DNA of 64,000 nucleotides from an uncultured virus (IMG/VR IMGVR_UViG_3300042691_036566). Taxonomy: Duplodnaviria > Heunggongvirae > Uroviricota > Caudoviricetes. The DNA lies in IMG/VR virus record IMGVR_UViG_3300042691_036566, positions 1 through 64,000 of that record; one strand, 5' to 3'. A model generated the notes under the pieces. The model saw only the letters and a list, made by a program, of their open reading frames with translations, was not told the DNA's origin and ran no database searches. Position numbers and translations under genes: made by a program. Of the stretch, positions 57,901 to 64,000 are shown in pieces; the stretch's first letter is position 1; each line of letters opens with the position of its first letter.

Positions 57901-60900
57901 ACAGAGAAAAAGATAAGTTATATGAAAAATCTTTTTTGGTAATAACGGATATTATAAATCCTAATACCGAAGACGCGATCTGTAGAGTATTTAGATTACA
58001 CGCTCCAAGTTTTCCATTTAAAGAATATTTAGACGTTTTGATAGATAAAATAGATGAACTAGAAAATTTTGATGATTAAAAGAAATCCAACAAATTACTA
58101 CAAAGTAGGTTGCCTATACAGAGGAAGTTATGGGTCTGAATCTGTTATATGCATTACCAAAGTAGATGATAAAGGATTTCAGTTTATTTATCTTGAAGAA
58201 CCAGACGAAGAGTTGTTTACTTTTTTCTTAAATGAGACAGGATTTTGGGTGAGAATAAATGAAGATGCAACCGGGAAGCCTTAAGAGATTGATGGAATTG
58301 GTTAAAGAAAAAAATAATGGTGTTGAGCAACTAGAAAGGGAAATAATTCCCGGTAAGATGTATAAAGATAGAGAAACAGGAAGATATCTAGTTGTAGAAT
58401 CAATTTTAGATCAAATGCCAAATCAACTAAGACAGATTGTTTTTTGGTATATTGATGAACCAAATTTTAACCATGGTGCTTGGAATCAGGATGCCTACAG
58501 AAATTGGGAAGAAACCTAGTTGGGAAAAAGCTAGAGAAGTTAATATTGGTGATTTTGTAATGACACCATATCAAGACTGTCTTGGACAAATAATAGAAAA
58601 ACTGGAAAGAGGAGATGTTTATCGAATTGAGTGGTATACTCATGGAGGTAATAACTTTAGTAAGTTTAGCTGGAATACAGCAGTAAATTACAGACACTGT
58701 TATGAAGATTGGTTGAGAGTAAATGAATCAAGTATTCAAAATTGGTAAAGCATATCAAAACTACGTCTTTCCAGAAGAGTGTGTTGTAATCTTAAAAATC
58801 TTTAAGAGTGAAGGCGATGTATATGTAGAATATCAATGTATGCATGAACCTGATTTAATCGAACAAACGCCGATTGAAAATTTTGAGGATTGGTATGGCG
58901 AATGTTGATTTTTTCGAGGTTGGTAGATTGTATGTAAATAAACATACAGGGATGGTTGTTTGTATAGATTATGTAGATATGTGGGCAGGTGAGCGTTTTG
59001 CATCTGCCTACGATATACAAGATCCAGATGTAGAGCTTAATGTACACGTTATGAGTAATTGGGCCAAGCTATGAAAAAACACACTATCGAAGTCGGTAAA
59101 ATATACAGGTCCAAAACTCACAAAAACACTTATATACTTATTCAAGAGGTTATTAAACATATGATAGGATCCACATATCATCCTAATAACATCTATTATA
59201 CCGTAATATACAGCTATTTAGACAATCTTGAAACAAAGCACGTTGTATTCGACAAATTTATTCGTCGTGGTTGGGAAGTGTGTAATGAGACAATTTAAAT
59301 TAGAAATTGGAAAAGTTTATAAAAGAACCTTTCGTCAAACGGGGGTAGATCATACATCTTATATTGTTATAGCTGGTCACTCAATTGATAACGAAATGTA
59401 TGAATACTATAATTACTATTTTCTAAATGATGCAGAATATATACACAGTTCTCTTCTAGATGAAAGCGATTGGGAATTAGCGTGACAACAATAAAAATAG
59501 GCAAATTATACTTGTGGCCCGATACAGCAGATTGGGATAAGAAGATTATCTGTGTTACAAAGTTCTCAACAGAAAAATTTGGTCCAAATGATATTGTGAA
59601 TGGATATATCTATCATTATCTAGATGAACCAAATAATGAGAGGTTCTTATGGAAAGATACCGCTGAACGTGAATGGGTATTGATAAAAGAAAACATGAGG
59701 ATGTTTAAATGGAATTCCAAGTAGGAAAACTTTACCGTAAAAGAACTAAATTCTCAAGATATATGGAAGAAGATCCAGACGAACAACCAATTATGGTTAT
59801 CACCGATGTAAAAAGAAGCCGTCTACAGGAAAATACTTTAATTGAATATCATATGCTTGATGAACCAGATAATATTCATGTAGCATATGAAAATGATCAG
59901 GTGGATAGATGGCAGATGATAAAAAAATAAAGGTAGGAGGATTTTATTATCATATCTTCTTTGGAAGAGAAGAAACTGTTTGTGTGACAGATGAAAAAAA
60001 CGGCCATCTAGAATATGTTCTTTTAAAAGACCCAACAATTCATAGATGGGTTCCTTATTCGTTAATTAAAAACGTTTGGATTGAATATGACAATGATCAA
60101 ATTTAAAGCCGGTAAAGTTTATAAGTGTCTAAAAAACAATTCAATTGTGTTTATTTCTAGGGTTCATTTATATAAAGAAGGATGGACACAAGCTAGTTTT
60201 TTCCGAATGACTGATAACAATGATGAACTGGAAGGTGCGTTTATTAACAAAAATTGGGTTGAGCATGAAGGTTAAACCAGGATCTGTCTGGTATATGAAT
60301 GGATTTGAGGAATACATAATTGTATTAGAATTTGTTGTAAAAACAAAAAGATATAAAGTTGCAAACGTAAGAAACCTCGATTTTCAACAAACAATGCCAG
60401 AAGAATTTTTTGATAATTGTAAAAAAGTAATGGGATTCATTTAATGGTTAAACTTGGCAGAGTCTATAAAAAAAGAAAAGATGTTCAAGATCTATTAGAT
60501 ATCCTGTATCCTCCATACATTATCCTTATGGAGGATGCAACAGCTGCCACCGCAATAAATGGACCAGATTATACTCAATATCGGTACATGGAATTAGATA
60601 AGCCAGATAAATTGTTTCCTATTTCCAGAAGAACATTACTTGATACATTTGAATTAATGGAGGTGGAAGATGGTAACTGATTCAGTAAAAGTTGGCAAGA
60701 TTTACAGAATGAAACCAAACGCACAAATTGATACAATGCCACAAGTTGTGATAGTAAAAAAAATCTATCCACGTGGGGAAGTTCAATTTGCAGTTCTAGA
60801 AGAACTTGAATCTAATTTTCATTGTAACATTTCAATCTTTAGAAGCAGATATTTTGAAATAACAGAAGATTGGCACATGCAAGGTCTATGATGGTTAAAT

Positions 60901-62443
60901 TAGGGCGGATATATAAAATATCTAATCAATATGTGTTGATATGTAATCATCATCCCGATGGAATTCCCAATAAAGAAGCAATTGGAGAGTTCTATTCCGG
61001 CTTCAATCTAAACTCCCCAGACCATATAATGTTTATAACACCAGAAATCATTCAAATGCAGAAATGGAAACTAGTGGAGGGACAAATATGAATCTCTGTT
61101 TAGGAAGAATATACAAACTAAAGTTTAAAAAGCCAGAAAATACATTTGCCGGAGAAGAAGAAAGATATATTATGTTTGACGAGATAGGATCTATCGCAAA
61201 TGGTGGATGGATAAACTATCATTACATCAATAGGGAAAGTAATTGTATTGGAAACATGAGAACTTTTTTTGATACATTTATAGTTGAAGAGATAAGGGAA
61301 TTTATATGATACAATTTGGAAAGGTATATGTAACAAAAAAAGTAGAAAAATGCACAAGAGTATATTTTATACCTTTAGAAATTGTCTCAACACAACCAAC
61401 AACGTACACAGCATATAAAGTATGGGGTCATATAGTCCATTTGGGTTACGAAGCATTTTTTAATCTATATGAGTTTACACAATATTACGAGATTTGTAAT
61501 GGTCAAGAAGATTGAGCCGGGACGTTTGTATATTGAGCCAATTAAAAATGATGTTGTCGTTGTTGATAACATAGAAGAAATCTCCGATTCAGTTTGGTAT
61601 CATCATATTAACAGACCTGATTTTCCTGTAGTTGAAGGAGCATTAGGGTTAGCTAAGATGTATTGGAAAGATATTCAACATGAAAATACAAATAGGTAAA
61701 CTGTATACTCGTTGTAAGCCATATTTACATGAAGATGATGTTGTTGTTGTAACTGGCAAAAGAAGAGTAAAGCATGAAGTCTTAATCGAATTTTTTTACC
61801 TAGATGAACCAGATGAACACTGCACTTGGAATACAGCAGCATTTAAAGATGGGATGAATGAATTAAATGCCGAAACAGGATTTTAAGGAAGGAAGGTTGT
61901 ACTGTAATCAAAACAAAAATGAAGTTATAGTAATAACTGGCGTAAATGAATCGTATATAACCTATATTGAATTAGATTGGACACATGAGGAATTTTGTTC
62001 TCCAAAGCATATCTTTAGTGATTGGGAATTAACAGATGAAGAACAAGGATCTGGTGAAACAGATAAAGTTCGGAAAGATATATAAAAATAGAAGATGGCA
62101 AGGTGATGATTATGTCGTTCCAACTGAATACATGAGAGACTCTCATATGATTCATGTTGTCCGCTTAGACGATCCCAAGCATGATGGTTATATAACAGTA
62201 AAAGGTTTTATAGACGGATACGGGTTGGTGGAAAATGTTAATACCGGGTAGAATCTATCGAGCAAGCAATTGTGAATATGTACTAGTTGATGAGGTAATA
62301 GAGGATAGAAATGCTGCTGGTGGATATTATGTAGCATTTACAGTTGTTGGCGGAAAACCAGTTGAAGGAATAAATGGTAGAATGTTTGAACCATCACACG
62401 GATCAGATATAGATTATATAGGTCATTGGAAGTTAGTAACTAA

Positions 62444-62926
62444 ATGGGTAAAATAATGGAAAACAAAACAACAAAATTTTGTAATGGATGCAAACAAGAA
62501 AAAGATCTTTCAGAGTTCACAGATAGAAAATATAAAAAAAGTGGAAACGTAGGGAAATACTTTGTTTGTAAATCATGTAAGCAGATAAATAACCGCAAGT
62601 GGGCCTTGTCAACAAAAGGTGGTTGGGTATCTACAATGCTAACAAAAGCAAAGACAAGATCAAAAGAGAAAAATATTGAATTCAATATCACAAAAGAAGA
62701 TATAAACATTCCAGAGTATTGCCCTGTATTAGGAATCAAGATCGAAAAGAACCCAGATGCAATAACAAAAAACTCACCCAATCTTCCAACCTTGGATCGC
62801 GTAGACAATAACAAAGGATACATTAAAGGAAATATTAAAGTTATAAGCTATAGGGCAAATGCATTAAAGAACAATGCAACCCTAGAGGAATTGGAGATGG
62901 TCATAAATTATATGAGAGAGACATGA
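62444..62926 (+). CDS. HNH / His-Cys homing-endonuclease-like protein inserted in the small-ORF array
   Basis: CNGC...CKSC; CPVLG...PTLDRVDNNKGYIKGNIKVISYRANALKN. Confidence 0.8.
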   Translation: MGKIMENKTTKFCNGCKQEKDLSEFTDRKYKKSGNVGKYFVCKSCKQINNRKWALSTKGGWVSTMLTKAKTRSKEKNIEFNITKEDINIPEYCPVLGIKIEKNPDAITKNSPNLPTLDRVDNNKGYIKGNIKVISYRANALKNNATLEELEMVINYMRET

Positions 62927-64000
62927 AAATAAAACTAGGAAAGATTTATAAGATAAGGGCAACAGAATCATGGATCTCTATGGAAGTATGGCATAAGGCA
63001 AAAGCTAAATGGGAAATAAAATAGAGATAGGAAAACTTTATATAAACATCCTTGATCAAAAAAGACCTCCAGACATATATTGTGTAACGGGGTTTAGACA
63101 AGAAGAACAAGGAAAGTTTGTAGAGTTTGTATGGATGAACAATAGAGCAGATGCAGAACAGAAACACGGTGATCCAAAATATGTGGAGGAAACTGCAATT
63201 GAATTGGGAGAGTGGATAAAATTAATTGAGGAAGAACTAGATGGACAAGAAAGAAAAAATCAAGATAGGCAGGATATACAAAAGAAACCCCAATCAACAA
63301 AGTATATATCCAGAATATGTCCTGATAACAGGCGACTACTCAGTAGGCGATAGAATGGGTAACAAAAGATATTCATATCACAGGATAGACAAGGACAAGG
63401 AATCAATTGCATATATATCCCATGTGGATCTGTATTTCCATTACCAGTTGGTTGAGGATGATGTTTAAATGCTGGAGACAACAGTGGTAAAACTTGGTAG
63501 GATATACAAGAGCTTAAAAACAAATGAGTACATCGTCCCAACCGAGTTTATCAACATAATAGAGGCGCAGTTTGTTAAGTATAATGTGATTGAAACTGGT
63601 AACTATGCAATAATGAAGCTAGGCGAGTTTATAACAAGATGGAGACTCATGGAGGATAGTTTTTGGGAATGACAAAAGAAAAAGTATATCTAGGGAAGGT
63701 ATATAAGTTAAAGTCATTAGAGAACTATTCAGCAATTGCAACATTTCCAAGATACATGATATTAACACATAAAGTATATCGACAAAAAGAATATTATATG
63801 ACAATGTATAGATACTACGATATAGGTTATGCATCTGTATCGGGGAGACCTATAAGCGAGTATGATATCACATCGTTCTATAAGGTTATAGAAGAAGGTG
63901 AGTGGCAAGAATGATTAAGCTTGGGAGGATATACAAAAGAAAACCAAGTAATAAAGCATCACCATATCCAGCTTACCTGATACCAACAGGTGTTAACCAG

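Larger units (their letters stand above)
52686..64000 (+). other. Tandem array of about 45 short (mostly 60-110 aa) ORFs, most sharing an N-terminal 'h-K-h-G-K/R/D-h-Y/V' motif (SH3/KOW/Tudor-like beta barrels); last ORF truncated at window edge
   Basis: Examples: FKVGEIV, YKVGDLV, IKLGKIY, IEVGKIY, FQVGKLY, VKLGRVY, IQIGKLY, IKIGRIY; frequent 'YxxLDEP' and terminal W/F-E/K motifs; overlapping stop/start junctions. Confidence 0.75.

Noticed and set aside
1..64000. Stop-codon reassignment
   Set aside because: Conserved genes are full length in code 11, TAA/TAG/TGA all end genes at sensible places, and there is no CUA or UCA anticodon tRNA. The short array ORFs each start with their own motif, so they are not read-through fragments.
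1..64000. Minus-strand ORFs in the ORF track and ORFs overlapping tRNAs (e.g. 46958, 48605, 50444, 51335)
   Set aside because: They are shadows of plus-strand genes or RNAs, with no RBS or recognisable motifs.
52686..64000. Diversity-generating retroelement or integron cassette array behind the small-ORF expansion
   Set aside because: No reverse transcriptase, TR/VR pair, integrase or attC-like intergenic palindromes; the ORFs overlap directly.

Overview
This window is part of a large, AT-rich tailed-phage genome. Essentially all genes are on the + strand and use the standard code; the host cannot be assigned. 1-16.9 kb is a replication and nucleotide-metabolism block: 5'-3' exonuclease, DnaB-like helicase, thioredoxin, class II RNR, GroES, ThyX, DnaE, cytidylyltransferase, dUTPase, IMPDH/GMPR. 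17-33.2 kb holds ClpP, GroEL, Hsp20 and about a dozen proteins with short Glu-ending N-terminal leaders, several fused to enzymes (PD-(D/E)xK-like nucleases, 2H phosphoesterase, P-loop kinases, a protein-kinase-like domain, a HAD phosphatase). 33.2-46.4 kb is a probable early region with repeated extended sigma70-type promoters and a MoxR/vWA pair. 46.5-51.8 kb is a stable-RNA operon with three tandem promoters, a perfect rRNA-type boxA, 26 tRNAs (several non-canonical) and several large structured non-tRNA RNAs. 52.7-64 kb is an array of about 45 tiny, mostly related ORFs. The strongest candidate for an undescribed system is the stable-RNA operon. It contains a ~345-nt RNA reproducing the 23S rRNA L11-binding/GTPase-associated centre (H43-H44), with compensatory changes in tertiary contacts and a ~270-nt insertion. 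It also contains three related ~220-270-nt RNAs sharing a covarying core. All calls come from reading motifs by eye; no database search was run.
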